This document shows, in pieces, positions 23,122-34,269 of a DNA stretch of 64,000 nucleotides. The DNA is from Megasphaera sp. Lineage in GTDB: Bacteria > Bacillota > Negativicutes > Veillonellales > Megasphaeraceae. The notes below the pieces were generated by a model. The model ran no database searches and was not told the DNA's origin. It saw nothing but the letters and a program-made list of their open reading frames with translations. Each line of letters opens with the position of its first letter. Within the stretch, counting starts at the first letter, position 1. The position numbers were made by a program, and so were the translations under genes. The stretch lies in assembly GCA_022641375.1 (NCBI GenBank), contig JALCDF010000003.1, positions 363 to 64,362 on the forward strand, read 5' to 3'.

Positions 23122-24377
23122 CAGCGATTCTCCTCAAAAAGGCTCATCTGTTCATACGTTCCGAGCGGTTCTCCACTAACAAGGCGCTGACGAATAAACT
23201 CCGGAGAATCTGATTCACCGTAAAATTTCCCTTTGCAGGTAATGAAATATTTGGCCCGCTTCAATACAATCCCCAGACGTCGCAATGTATCATAGGATAA
23301 AAAAGAATGGCGCCGGGCCGCACAAATACGTTTTGCAGAAGTTACCCCGATGCCGGGAACGCGAAGTAACATATGATAGGATGCCTTGTTCACTTCGACT
23401 GGGAATATTTCGGGATGACGTAATGCCCAGCATGCTTTGGGATCTAAATGTAAATCAAAATCCGGCGTACTGTCTGCAAGGATTTCATCAGCAGAGAATT
23501 GGTAGAACCGCAGCAGCCAATCCGCCTGATATAAGCGGTGCTCCCGTAACAAAGGCGGCTTAGCAATCGCCGGCAGATTAGGTCCACTCAACGCTGGTAC
23601 ATATGCCGAATAGTATACCCGCTTCAGATTGACTTTGTCATACAATGCTTCGCTGAGCCGTAAAATGGTCTTATCACTATCCGGCGTAGCCCCGACAATG
23701 AGCTGCGTCGTCTGTCCTGCCGGCACAAAATCCGGAGCCTTACGGCTATGCTTCTTATTTTCTCGTCGTTCGGCAATCCCCTCTTTAACAGCTCCCATAG
23801 GCATCAATATTCCTTGTTTGGTTTTCTGTGGCGCCAGTAGTTTCAATCCTGCCGATGACGGTAATTCTATATTAACGCTCATCCGATCAACATATTTACC
23901 CAATTCATGAATCAAGCGGCCATCTGTACCGGGAATCCCTTTCATATGGATATAGCCGTTGAAATGCCGCTCTTCCCGTAACATCCGGGCGGTTTTAATG
24001 AGCAGCTCGGTCGTATAATCCGGCGAACGGTATACCCCAGAGCTAAGAAACAATCCTTCAATATAATTGCGGCGATAGAATTCAATCGTCAAATCCGATA
24101 TTTCACAAGGAGTCAGTATGGCACGTTTCGTCTCCCGGGAGCAGCGGTTGACGCAATAAGCACAATCATACAAGCAATAGTTCGTCATTAATATTTTCAA
24201 CAATGATACACAACGTCCATCTGCTGACCAGGTATGACAAATGCCGGAACAAGCTGCATTCCCGATTCCGCCATTTTGATTGGCCCGTTTGCTGCCACTC
24301 GATGAACAGGATACATCGTATTTGGCTGCATCACTCAGGATAGTCAGTTTTTCCTGCATCTTTTCCCAATCCATCAT
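23121..24377 (-). CDS. Putative DNA modification/repair radical SAM protein (TIGR03916 family)
   Basis: AAKYDVSCSSSG, CLYDCAYC CxxxCxxC motif, REHRLYQADWLLRFY, HhH LLRVPGIG. Confidence 0.93.
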   Translation of the reverse strand: MMDWEKMQEKLTILSDAAKYDVSCSSSGSKRANQNGGIGNAACSGICHTWSADGRCVSLLKILMTNYCLYDCAYCVNRCSRETKRAILTPCEISDLTIEFYRRNYIEGLFLSSGVYRSPDYTTELLIKTARMLREERHFNGYIHMKGIPGTDGRLIHELGKYVDRMSVNIELPSSAGLKLLAPQKTKQGILMPMGAVKEGIAERRENKKHSRKAPDFVPAGQTTQLIVGATPDSDKTILRLSEALYDKVNLKRVYYSAYVPALSGPNLPAIAKPPLLREHRLYQADWLLRFYQFSADEILADSTPDFDLHLDPKACWALRHPEIFPVEVNKASYHMLLRVPGIGVTSAKRICAARRHSFLSYDTLRRLGIVLKRAKYFITCKGKFYGESDSPEFIRQRLVSGEPLGTYEQMSLFEENR

Positions 24378-24425
24378 CTCATCACCCGCCTTTTAACTCC
24401 CGTTTCTTCACCCGTATACTAAGAC

Positions 24426-24452
24426 AAAAGGCCGGAATGGGATTCCGGCCTT
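24426..24452 (-). terminator. Terminator-like hairpin between small ORF and radical SAM gene
   Basis: AAGGCCGGAAT...ATTCCGGCCTT followed by a short T-tract on the minus strand. Confidence 0.65.
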
Positions 24453-24461
24453 GGAAATGGG

Positions 24462-24620
24462 CTAATCCATATGCAGCCCTTCTTTTAATTTTGCAAAAAT
24501 TTTTTTTTCTTCTTCCGTCAAGGGACGTCCTAAATCAACGTGCAGTTCCTCGCCGTTACTCTTCGCTTTTTCCTGTTCATGCGGATCGCCGCTTTTGGCA
24601 CTGTCATCACGAATAATCAT
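24462..24620 (-). CDS. Small hypothetical protein (52 aa), below ORF-track cutoff
   Basis: GGAGGTG RBS, then ATG; MIIRDDSAKSGDPHEQEKAKSNGEELHVDLGRPLTEEEKKIFAKLKEGLHMD*; extended -10 upstream and terminator downstream. Confidence 0.7.
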   Translation of the reverse strand: MIIRDDSAKSGDPHEQEKAKSNGEELHVDLGRPLTEEEKKIFAKLKEGLHMD

Positions 24621-24697
24621 AGTGTCACCTCCCTTTGTATTGGCCTTATTATATCATGTATCGAACATATATGCTAGTAACTCCCTGAAAATATTGC

Positions 24698-24726
24698 TTG
24701 ACATATATAGTAATACAGTGTATGAT
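24698..24726 (+). promoter_or_regulatory. Promoter of tRNA-Ser
   Basis: TTGACA-17 nt-TATGAT. Confidence 0.75.
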
Positions 24727-24745
24727 TATATAGTCAGTTGTTTAT

Positions 24746-24836
24746 GGAGTGGTACTCAAGAGGCTGAAGAGGACGGTTTGCTAAATCGTTAGAGCTCGTA
24801 AGGGCTGCGAGAGTTCGAATCTCTCCCACTCCGCCA
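24746..24836 (+). tRNA. tRNA-Ser (anticodon GCT)
   Basis: GGAGTGG/CCACTCC acceptor stem, ACGGT-TTGCTAA-ATCGT anticodon arm, long variable arm, GTTCGAATC T-loop, G discriminator, encoded CCA. Confidence 0.96.
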
Positions 24837-24849
24837 TTTAATTGGAACG

Positions 24850-24886
24850 AGAGGCATCGGAAATTTCCGATGCCTCTTCTTTTTTT
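24850..24886 (+). terminator. Terminator after tRNA-Ser
   Basis: GAGGCATCGGAA/TTCCGATGCCTC hairpin plus T-tract. Confidence 0.85.
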
Positions 24887-25022
24887 ACATGGTATGAACC
24901 GTTACCGTGTCGAAAATTTTTAATCAGACAACACCTATTATATTGTATTATATATAGTTAAACCAAAAGCTGCCCATTCAAAAGAACAGGCAGCTTTTAA
25001 TTTACGATCTTACTATTTTAAA

Positions 25023-25730
25023 TCAATCGAGTTGTACATCAATCCAGCCAGCGGCTTCCGGAGCAATCGATCCCGGAGCGAATAACCCATGTATATTGGT
25101 TTCTCCATCAAGATAGAAATTATCCTTCGCCTGATCCAGAGAATTAGCAAATCCCGGTAACAGTGTAATTCCCTTAGCCTTCGCTGCCTTTTCCACACAA
25201 GCCTTCACATTAGCCTGCGCAAACGGATCCGTATCATTACAAATTTTAGCGACTTTGGTCAAATCCGCAGCTTTTACAATACCGCCTTCCTTGGTATAGG
25301 TCAGGCCTTCTTTCTGATTAAATGTATACATTTTGCCATCTTTGTGTGGTACCGACGCATTTTCATCTAATACGACACTAAGCATAGCATAGGTATTACA
25401 CATAACCTTGTAGCTGACAGAGCCCTGCATTTTTTCTGCAACGACATCTTTATTATATTTATTTCCACCGCCCAGCTGAACATGTTTTACACCATTCATA
25501 AAAGAATCCACATGATTCTGAATATCAGCATTAATCACATTTTGTGCCTGCACGTTCGCCATTGATGAAACTTGCGGATAACTATAATTAAGTTGTCCTT
25601 CGTGACGAACCGTATCGTTTACCCGAATCGGGGTCGTCAAATACGGTGTAGTCGCTTTAGCCATCCCTACTGTCGGAACCACTAACGCAGCTCCCAACAT
25701 CAACGTTACAATCCATTTCGCTTTTTTCAT
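25023..25730 (-). CDS. Secreted protein, PdaC/RsiV(DUF3298)-like
   Basis: Signal peptide MKKAKW...GMA; YPQV...INADI, LSVV, NFYLD...F.PGSIAPEAAG pattern resembling DUF4163/DUF3298. Confidence 0.6.
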   Translation of the reverse strand: MKKAKWIVTLMLGAALVVPTVGMAKATTPYLTTPIRVNDTVRHEGQLNYSYPQVSSMANVQAQNVINADIQNHVDSFMNGVKHVQLGGGNKYNKDVVAEKMQGSVSYKVMCNTYAMLSVVLDENASVPHKDGKMYTFNQKEGLTYTKEGGIVKAADLTKVAKICNDTDPFAQANVKACVEKAAKAKGITLLPGFANSLDQAKDNFYLDGETNIHGLFAPGSIAPEAAGWIDVQLD

Positions 25731-25800
25731 CGAGTGCCCCCCAAGAAACATGTCTGCTTCTTTATACATATACAATAACAGCAATAATCTCTATATCCTG

Positions 25801-26427
25801 CTAGTCGTTAATAGAATCAACAGATATTTCCAACCGCTGATTCGCTATTTGCGGAACTCCGTAAACAGTACACGTTTCACCGACATAGGCATGATTACCA
25901 TTCAACCGCAAAGCAACACGGGTACCATGATTATCTTTAAAGGAAACATAGCCATCGCCATAGGATTCAACAACTTTACCTTTGATTGCTACACGCTGGC
26001 CCATATACCGCTGCGACGATAATAATTTGGAAACAGTGACATTAGTATAGTCACCATGATTAATATTGCCGCCTACACTGCCGCGGTTATTCTGATTCTG
26101 TTCCTGATCATAGGAAACACTGTTTGCATCTAATACCATCGTATTATCGCGGATAACCAGGATACCGGTTACACTAAGAGCATGATTCCCCGATACGACA
26201 CCGCATTTTGACAAATCACAACGAATGAAATCACCATTAAAATCAACCAATTTATACATGTTATCGCCATATGATTCTGTAATCTGGCCCTGAACCGTAA
26301 CCTGAGTACCAACATAGGCTTCATTGGTCATCAATTTGCTGACCGTAGTTGCATAACCAGGTGTAAAAGACGTCACTGCTACAGCACAGCCAAGCATCGT
26401 TGCTATCAATAATTTTTTTCCGAACAT
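25801..26427 (-). CDS. Secreted protein with two tandem OB-fold (BOF/YgiW-like) domains
   Basis: Signal peptide; two similar units TVSKL...V.V.G...ESYGD....D..G. Confidence 0.65.
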   Translation of the reverse strand: MFGKKLLIATMLGCAVAVTSFTPGYATTVSKLMTNEAYVGTQVTVQGQITESYGDNMYKLVDFNGDFIRCDLSKCGVVSGNHALSVTGILVIRDNTMVLDANSVSYDQEQNQNNRGSVGGNINHGDYTNVTVSKLLSSQRYMGQRVAIKGKVVESYGDGYVSFKDNHGTRVALRLNGNHAYVGETCTVYGVPQIANQRLEISVDSIND

Positions 26428-26724
26428 AATACAGACCCCCTTTTAAGAAGTGCATATGAATAATATAATTAAATTTTAACACCTCGTGAAAATAAATTCA
26501 AAAAAGCTAAAATAAAATTCTTGAAAAAAAATACATATTAAGGCGTATATACAACCAATATTCATACCTTTTTCACTAAAAAAGGATTGCTTTTTAACAT
26601 AAATTTATGCATTTTTATTTACGTATGTTTTTATATGACGACAAAAAAACGCGGCAGAAACCGTCCCCTTTACAGTTTCTGCTGCGTTTTTTTCATCACT
26701 TCATAAATTTATCTTATCTGATTT

Positions 26725-28113
26725 CTAATGCCCGTCAACCATTTCCCCTTCGAGATCTTCAGCAACGGCTTTTTCCTTTTCTTCTTTAACATGTGCATAA
26801 TATTTTTTCGTTTCCGCTACTACAACGCCAGAAAGTCCAATAAGAGCAATCAAATTCGGTATCGCCATCAGACCATTTACAATATCGGCGAGGACCCAGA
26901 TAATGTCCAGTTTTATAAACGCACCGCAGGCAATGAGAATAATAAACACGATGCGGTATGGCATAATTCCCTTCACGCCAACAAGGTATTGGATACACCG
27001 TTCTCCATAATAATTCCATCCCAGGATCGTCGTAAAAGCAAATAATGTCAAGCCGACACAAAGAATCATACTGCCCCACGTCGGATAGGCCTGTAAAAAT
27101 GCAGCATTCGTCAATGCTGCTCCATTCAGTGTCCCCATCCATGCCCCGCTGACAACAAGGCAAAGGCCGGTAAGCGTACAAATAATGATGGTATCAATGA
27201 ATGTGCCCGTCATAGAAATGAGCCCTTGTTCAGCCGGCCATTTCGTTTTGGCCGCTGCCGCAACAATAGGAGCACTGCCAAGACCGGATTCATTGGAAAA
27301 TACGCCGCGCGCTACACCGTTACGCATAGCTACGATTACTGTCGATCCAAGGAAACCGCCGGCAGCCGCTGTCGGCGTAAACGCATCGGTCACAATTTCT
27401 GCAACCGCCGCCGGAACCATATCGTAAAAGACAATTAAAAAACCAACGGTAGAAATAATGTAAATAACTGCCATCGTCGGAACGATTTTAGAAGCTGCCT
27501 TGGCAATCGACTGCAGACCCCCGATGGTCACTGCCGCAACCAGGATAGTCAGTACAACAGCGGTATATTCAACAGGAATATTCGCAGAAAGCCTCGTGAT
27601 TTCAACAATCGCATTGACCTGCGCAAATGTCCCGATACCAAAAAAAGCAACAAGAACGCCAAAGAACGCAAACAAAAATGCTAGCGGTCTGTACTTTCTG
27701 CCCAGACCATTTTCAATATAGTACATCGGACCGCCGGCAATTTCACCGTTTTTATCTACTGTCCGGTATTTAACGGCCAGGCATCCTTCGGCATATTTCG
27801 TGGCCATCCCAACAAAAGCAGCCATCCACATCCAAAAAATCGCACCGGGACCGCCGGCATGCACCGCCGTAGCAACGCCGACGATATTCCCCGTACCGAC
27901 GGTTGCCGCTAAGGCTGTACACAGTGCTTTAAAACTATCGATATCCCCATCGCCCTGATTTTTAGCTGTAAAAATCAGCTTCAATGCCCGCGGCAATTTG
28001 AATATCTGCAAGAAATGAAGACGTGCCGTAAGCATGATACCTGTCCCAATAAGCAGGAACAGAAGCGGCGGCCCCCAAATAAAACTGTCAATCCCATTCA
28101 ACGTTTCCAACAT
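26725..28113 (-). CDS. Alanine/glycine:cation symporter (AgcS/AlsT family)
   Basis: ATVGTGNIVGVA, GGPGAIFWMW, GGPMYY, RGVFSNESGLGS. Confidence 0.95.
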   Translation of the reverse strand: MLETLNGIDSFIWGPPLLFLLIGTGIMLTARLHFLQIFKLPRALKLIFTAKNQGDGDIDSFKALCTALAATVGTGNIVGVATAVHAGGPGAIFWMWMAAFVGMATKYAEGCLAVKYRTVDKNGEIAGGPMYYIENGLGRKYRPLAFLFAFFGVLVAFFGIGTFAQVNAIVEITRLSANIPVEYTAVVLTILVAAVTIGGLQSIAKAASKIVPTMAVIYIISTVGFLIVFYDMVPAAVAEIVTDAFTPTAAAGGFLGSTVIVAMRNGVARGVFSNESGLGSAPIVAAAAKTKWPAEQGLISMTGTFIDTIIICTLTGLCLVVSGAWMGTLNGAALTNAAFLQAYPTWGSMILCVGLTLFAFTTILGWNYYGERCIQYLVGVKGIMPYRIVFIILIACGAFIKLDIIWVLADIVNGLMAIPNLIALIGLSGVVVAETKKYYAHVKEEKEKAVAEDLEGEMVDGH

Positions 28114-28250
28114 TTGCCATTCTCTCCTTCAACCAACATATACAAAAACTCATAACAAAAAAACAATAAAATAATAACAAAAAAAACCTATCATCAGATG
28201 ACTCTGAAGATAGGGATATAGTAACATAGTAACAAAAATATATTGCTGTA

Positions 28251-28414
28251 TGCTCTGTCCTTTTGCCTGAGAGATTGGAAATCAATGATTTCTTTCACCT
28301 TCGGCGCCCTATAGGGACTCTCCAGAGTTGTGTCCACATACGGTCCTATCCCAAAGGATACCTGAGAGTTTTACTCCGTCGGCAGGCTGTCGCCTTCTCC
28401 CGCATGTTTCATCC
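28251..28414 (-). ncRNA. Tandem glycine riboswitch
   Basis: Minus strand GGATGA...GGGAGA...CCGACGGAG...CTCTCAGGTA...GGAC...CTCTGGAGAG...CGCCGAAGGTG...CTCTCAGGCAAAAGGACAGAG; two aptamers upstream of the Ala/Gly symporter. Confidence 0.93.
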
Positions 28415-28558
28415 ACTTCATATGTGATTTAGTCATGATTATACCGCTAACACGCTTATTTTGCAAGATGTTTATAATTTCGAAATATTAATTTTATTAT
28501 TGCGTTATAATCATATTTAAATTTAAAAAAAGCCGCTTCCGTAGAAGCGGTAGAAATA

Positions 28559-29314
28559 TCATATGATACTTTTAATCAAATCAATCGCTGCCGTAGCTGT
28601 CTGCCGCCAGCATAACGGCGTAATCGCAATGTGATTACTGCGCACAGCCGCTACATCACTATTAGACGGCGCCGATTCCATATCAATGTCGCCAACAATA
28701 TGATAACAAATACTGCCATCGATATCTTTCTTTTCCGCAATCACATTATGGTAAATCTGTACCGTCTGCGGCACTACACGTGCATTGGCCAGACAAATCG
28801 GCCCTTTAGGCGGTATATTAACATTCAAGATACCCGGATAGCGGCCGCCGCAAATAATATGCTGTATCATATCACATACCAGGCGCCCCGTCCGGATACA
28901 GCGTTCTTCTTCTATGACATTCATAGAAACAGCAATGGCCGGGACCTGATAATACGGTCCTTCCATCGCCGCTGACACCGTCCCTGAATACAAGACATCA
29001 CTGCCCAGATTATAGCCATTGTTGATGCCAGAAATAATGAGATCCGGCTTGTGATCAGCCAAAAAATATTCCATCGCCATCTTGACACAATCTACAGGAG
29101 TACCGGAAACAGCGATTTCCCGTACGGAAGCACCTGCTGGTGTCACTTCTTTACAATATAACGCTTTATTAATAGTCATCGAGTGAGATGCCGCACTACG
29201 TTGACCATTTGGTGCTACAACTGTTACAGCATAACCGGCTGCTATCAATTCTTTCTTTAAGATCTGCAGGCCCGGAGCACGCTGACCATCATCGTTCGTC
29301 AATAGAATATGCAT
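28559..29314 (-). CDS. surE: 5'/3'-nucleotidase SurE
   Basis: ILLTNDDG, SAASHS, GTPVDCV, SGINNGYNLG...YSGTVSAA. Confidence 0.95.
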   Translation of the reverse strand: MHILLTNDDGQRAPGLQILKKELIAAGYAVTVVAPNGQRSAASHSMTINKALYCKEVTPAGASVREIAVSGTPVDCVKMAMEYFLADHKPDLIISGINNGYNLGSDVLYSGTVSAAMEGPYYQVPAIAVSMNVIEEERCIRTGRLVCDMIQHIICGGRYPGILNVNIPPKGPICLANARVVPQTVQIYHNVIAEKKDIDGSICYHIVGDIDMESAPSNSDVAAVRSNHIAITPLCWRQTATAAIDLIKSII

Positions 29315-29327
29315 GCTAGTTATTCTC

Positions 29328-30578
29328 CTACTTTTTGTTTTCTTTCCGTAATAAAGCAGCACTATCATAGGATACAGCACGAGTATGGATTGTATGACTC
29401 CACTTCATTTTATGCCGATCCTTAAATCCTAAAAATGTAACCGGAATCCAACTGTACATAAACAGGGGATATACAATAAGGTACAGCCATGATTTCATGG
29501 GAACTTTAATTTGAAGCAAGACAATAATCGGTATAAGGTACTGCCCTACCCCGATGACCGTCCACATCTGAAGGGGAACAATCTGATACAAGATATTCGT
29601 ATATAAAGGAATATATGAATTAATCGAGGCGATAACAGCATAAATTGTCGACATCATCATAAAAAAAGGCTGTGATAGCGTAACGATACCGTCAAGCATG
29701 CGAATATTACCGATTTTTATTCCCTTGGCAAAAAGCTTGGGTATAAATCGGCCGCCGCAATCACATTGCCCCTGGGCCCAACGTTTACGCTGCCGACAGG
29801 ACTGCATAAATCCTAATGCCTTTTCATCGTAGATGATGGCATCATGCGCCCAACAAGTCCGCACCCCTTCCAACAGGACTTTCATAGAAAATTCCATATC
29901 TTCTGTCAGGCAGTCACATCCCCAGCCGTAGCGGCGGACGATGTCCGTAGCGATACACATCCCCGTTCCGCCTAAAGCAGTGGACAAGCCGATGTTATAT
30001 TTCGCCAAATGCCACATATGGTTAATCAACCAGAATGCAATAGAAAAGGTACCGGCAATCCACGTATCTGTCGGGTTCTTCGCATCCATATATCCTTGTA
30101 TGACTTGTTCCCCTTTACACAAGTGGTTATTCATTTCCCGTAAAAATTCCGGATGAACCAGGTTGTCTGCATCAAATACCACAAACGCATCATACTGCTT
30201 CTTCTGCGCCAGCATTTGAGAAAACATCCAATCCATCGCATACCCTTTACCTACATGTTCCACATTGGTCCGTACCTTAACGATAGCACCATGTTCACGG
30301 CATATATCTGCAGTATGATCCGTACAATTATCCGCAACGACATAAATATCGTACATATCCCGCGGATAGTGCAGCTGCTTTAAATTATCAATGAGCTGCC
30401 ATACGACCTTCTCTTCATTATGCGCACAAATAACAGCGGCAAAGGTCTTCTGCGGTTCTGCCGTAATCCGTTCTTTACGCTTCAATAACCCGAACAATGC
30501 CAAGATGAAATAGTACAGGGAATAAAAAACAATAATGACTTGGATGGGTATCATGATGATATCCAAAATATGTTCCAT
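29328..30578 (-). CDS. Membrane-bound GT2 glycosyltransferase
   Basis: AHNEE, ADNCTD, FDADN, LTED, QRKRW processive GT2 motifs; N- and C-terminal TMs. Confidence 0.9.
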   Translation of the reverse strand: MEHILDIIMIPIQVIIVFYSLYYFILALFGLLKRKERITAEPQKTFAAVICAHNEEKVVWQLIDNLKQLHYPRDMYDIYVVADNCTDHTADICREHGAIVKVRTNVEHVGKGYAMDWMFSQMLAQKKQYDAFVVFDADNLVHPEFLREMNNHLCKGEQVIQGYMDAKNPTDTWIAGTFSIAFWLINHMWHLAKYNIGLSTALGGTGMCIATDIVRRYGWGCDCLTEDMEFSMKVLLEGVRTCWAHDAIIYDEKALGFMQSCRQRKRWAQGQCDCGGRFIPKLFAKGIKIGNIRMLDGIVTLSQPFFMMMSTIYAVIASINSYIPLYTNILYQIVPLQMWTVIGVGQYLIPIIVLLQIKVPMKSWLYLIVYPLFMYSWIPVTFLGFKDRHKMKWSHTIHTRAVSYDSAALLRKENKK

Positions 30579-30597
30579 ACATACCTCTCCCAAACAC

Positions 30598-31266
30598 TTA
30601 GTGAGCGAAGTTCATAGCTGTATTCACTAATCCGAACACGATGTACAACAAGAACGGCATCGTAATAACCAAATGCCAATCAACAAACGCTAATACAGCA
30701 ACCCCGAAAATAATGGCGATAGCCAAAGCCGACTTGTGAAGAACATCCGGGCTGGCCCCCTTAAAATCAGGATTATGAATTTTACTGACCAAATGATATC
30801 CCAAAGCCAATACGAAGATAGCTATGAGCCATGCCGGAAGATGTGCTCCGGAAATAACATAGGTAGCAATAAGGCAGCCACCGTTCGGAATAGGCATCCC
30901 CTGGAAATATCCATGAACCACCGTCGTATTCAGGTTAAAACGAGCCAGCCGCAAACCGCCGAAACAAGCATAGATGATAGCCGGAACAGCACCTAGCCAG
31001 CCTAATTCCTGCAGGGCATAACTATAAATCAAAAATCCCGAAGCCGCTCCAAAAGAAACACAGTCCGATAACGAATCAAGTTCCTTCCCAAACTCCCCGG
31101 ATACGCCGAGCGCCCGGGCACTCCGTCCATCACAGGCATCACAAGCCATGGCCAGTAAAATACAAATACCGGCATACGTATACAATCCATGCAGTGTCAT
31201 GATCATACTCAGTACACCAAACCCAAGGTTACTCGATGTGAACAGACAAGGTATTACGTTTCTCAT
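30598..31266 (-). CDS. pssA: CDP-diacylglycerol--serine O-phosphatidyltransferase
   Basis: DACDGRSAR...GKELDSLSD CDP-alcohol motif, LRLARFN; overlaps psd. Confidence 0.92.
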   Translation of the reverse strand: MRNVIPCLFTSSNLGFGVLSMIMTLHGLYTYAGICILLAMACDACDGRSARALGVSGEFGKELDSLSDCVSFGAASGFLIYSYALQELGWLGAVPAIIYACFGGLRLARFNLNTTVVHGYFQGMPIPNGGCLIATYVISGAHLPAWLIAIFVLALGYHLVSKIHNPDFKGASPDVLHKSALAIAIIFGVAVLAFVDWHLVITMPFLLYIVFGLVNTAMNFAH

Positions 31267-31901
31267 TTTACAATCCTCCCTATAATGGTTTCTCCACAAC
31301 GTACTTTCTGCCCCTTCTGTACGGTAATATCTACATCATCATCAACATAGATTTCAGCACAAGAACCAAATTTAATCATACCATACAGTTGTCCGTGCAG
31401 CAGCGTATCTCCCAGTGTAACCCAGGAAACAATACGTCGTGCCAAAATGCCGGCAATAACCGTCACTAAAATCTGTGTCCGGCCATTTTCGATTCCGATG
31501 GAATACCGTTCATTTTCATACCCGACGCCTTCCTTATATGCAGGACGAAAACGCCCACATGTATATTGCTGGAAATTGATAACTCCGGATAAAGGCGCCC
31601 GGTTGACGTGAGCGTTGAAAATCGATAAAAAGATAATGATCTTACGGCATTCTTTATTCAAATATGTCTCTTCATACACCTTTTCTATACCCACGACCGT
31701 TCCATCAGCCGGTGCCACAAGGGCTGTTTCATCATCAGGAACCTGGCGATGGGGATTGCGGAAAAAATAAGCGAAATACAAAGCCAGCACTGTCGGTATG
31801 GCCGCTACATAGGCATTCAAAAAATATCCGGCCGCTATGGCAAGAATAACTGCTACTGCTATGAATATGTAGCCATCTTCGACAATAAATGGTTTATTCA
31901 A
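31263..31901 (-). CDS. psd: Phosphatidylserine decarboxylase proenzyme
   Basis: FFRNP, APADG, HVNRAP, KFGS autocleavage motif. Confidence 0.93.
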   Translation of the reverse strand: MNKPFIVEDGYIFIAVAVILAIAAGYFLNAYVAAIPTVLALYFAYFFRNPHRQVPDDETALVAPADGTVVGIEKVYEETYLNKECRKIIIFLSIFNAHVNRAPLSGVINFQQYTCGRFRPAYKEGVGYENERYSIGIENGRTQILVTVIAGILARRIVSWVTLGDTLLHGQLYGMIKFGSCAEIYVDDDVDITVQKGQKVRCGETIIGRIVK

Positions 31902-31916
31902 GACATCACCTCAAAT

Positions 31917-32648
31917 CTACTTTGCCTTTTTATTGCCTTTAACAGCAATGACAAACTTAGGCAAAGCTAACATACGCTTGAACCGCGTCGGTTCTTTAGC
32001 AAAACGATACAACCATTCCAAGCGATGTTCCTGCATCCATTTAGGGGCTCTGGCCGACTTCCCAGACAATACATCCAAGGTACCGCCAACGCCCATACAC
32101 AAACACGGGCCCAATTCATACATATGATTAGAAATCCATTTTTCCTGTTTAGGCACACCTAACGCTACTAAAAGAATTTGTGTCCCTTTACAACGAATAT
32201 CGTTAATGATTTCTCTTTCTTCTTCAGCAGTAAAAAAGCCTGAATGGGTGCCAACTATATTCACATCGCCGTATTTTCTCTGCAAATTGGCAGCAGCCAT
32301 ATCGGCAACGCCTTCAGCACCTCCGAACAGATACACGGACGTTTTACGTACTGCCGCTTCTTCCAATAATTTGCATGCTAAATCAACACCTGTTACCCGT
32401 TCCTTAAAATGGCAGCCCTGTTGTTCCGCCGCCCACAAAACACCGGCACCATCCGGAACAACCAAATCAGCCTGCTGCAGAATATGGGCTAATTCGTCAT
32501 CATGACAGGCTCTCATGAGCATTTCCGCATTAGCCGTAGCAATAGCAGTCGTTTTCCCTTCATCAATACATTGAAAAGCATAACTGCAAGCTTCTTCTAT
32601 GGTCACATTCTGTATAGGAACGGATAATATGTCTATGGTACTCGTCAC
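31917..32648 (-). CDS. WecB/TagA/CpsF family glycosyltransferase
   Basis: TANAE, PDGAG, ERVTGVDL, ALGVPKQE, GVGG, LEWLYR...EPTR. Confidence 0.93.
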   Translation of the reverse strand: MTSTIDILSVPIQNVTIEEACSYAFQCIDEGKTTAIATANAEMLMRACHDDELAHILQQADLVVPDGAGVLWAAEQQGCHFKERVTGVDLACKLLEEAAVRKTSVYLFGGAEGVADMAAANLQRKYGDVNIVGTHSGFFTAEEEREIINDIRCKGTQILLVALGVPKQEKWISNHMYELGPCLCMGVGGTLDVLSGKSARAPKWMQEHRLEWLYRFAKEPTRFKRMLALPKFVIAVKGNKKAK

Positions 32649-32663
32649 ATTAGTCCTCCATCC

Positions 32664-34202
<1,539 letters not shown>

Positions 34203-34269
34203 TCAATATGTACATATTTTCAACAGGGAAATTTGCGAGAAATATGATAATATCCCTTGATAACCGCAA

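Noticed and set aside
24595-24792. 65-aa plus-strand ORF
   Set aside because: Overlaps the tRNA-Ser gene, its promoter and the start of the better-supported minus-strand small ORF
24837-26700. Genomic island integrated at tRNA-Ser
   Set aside because: No integrase and no duplicated tRNA 3' end seen; a normal terminator follows the tRNA
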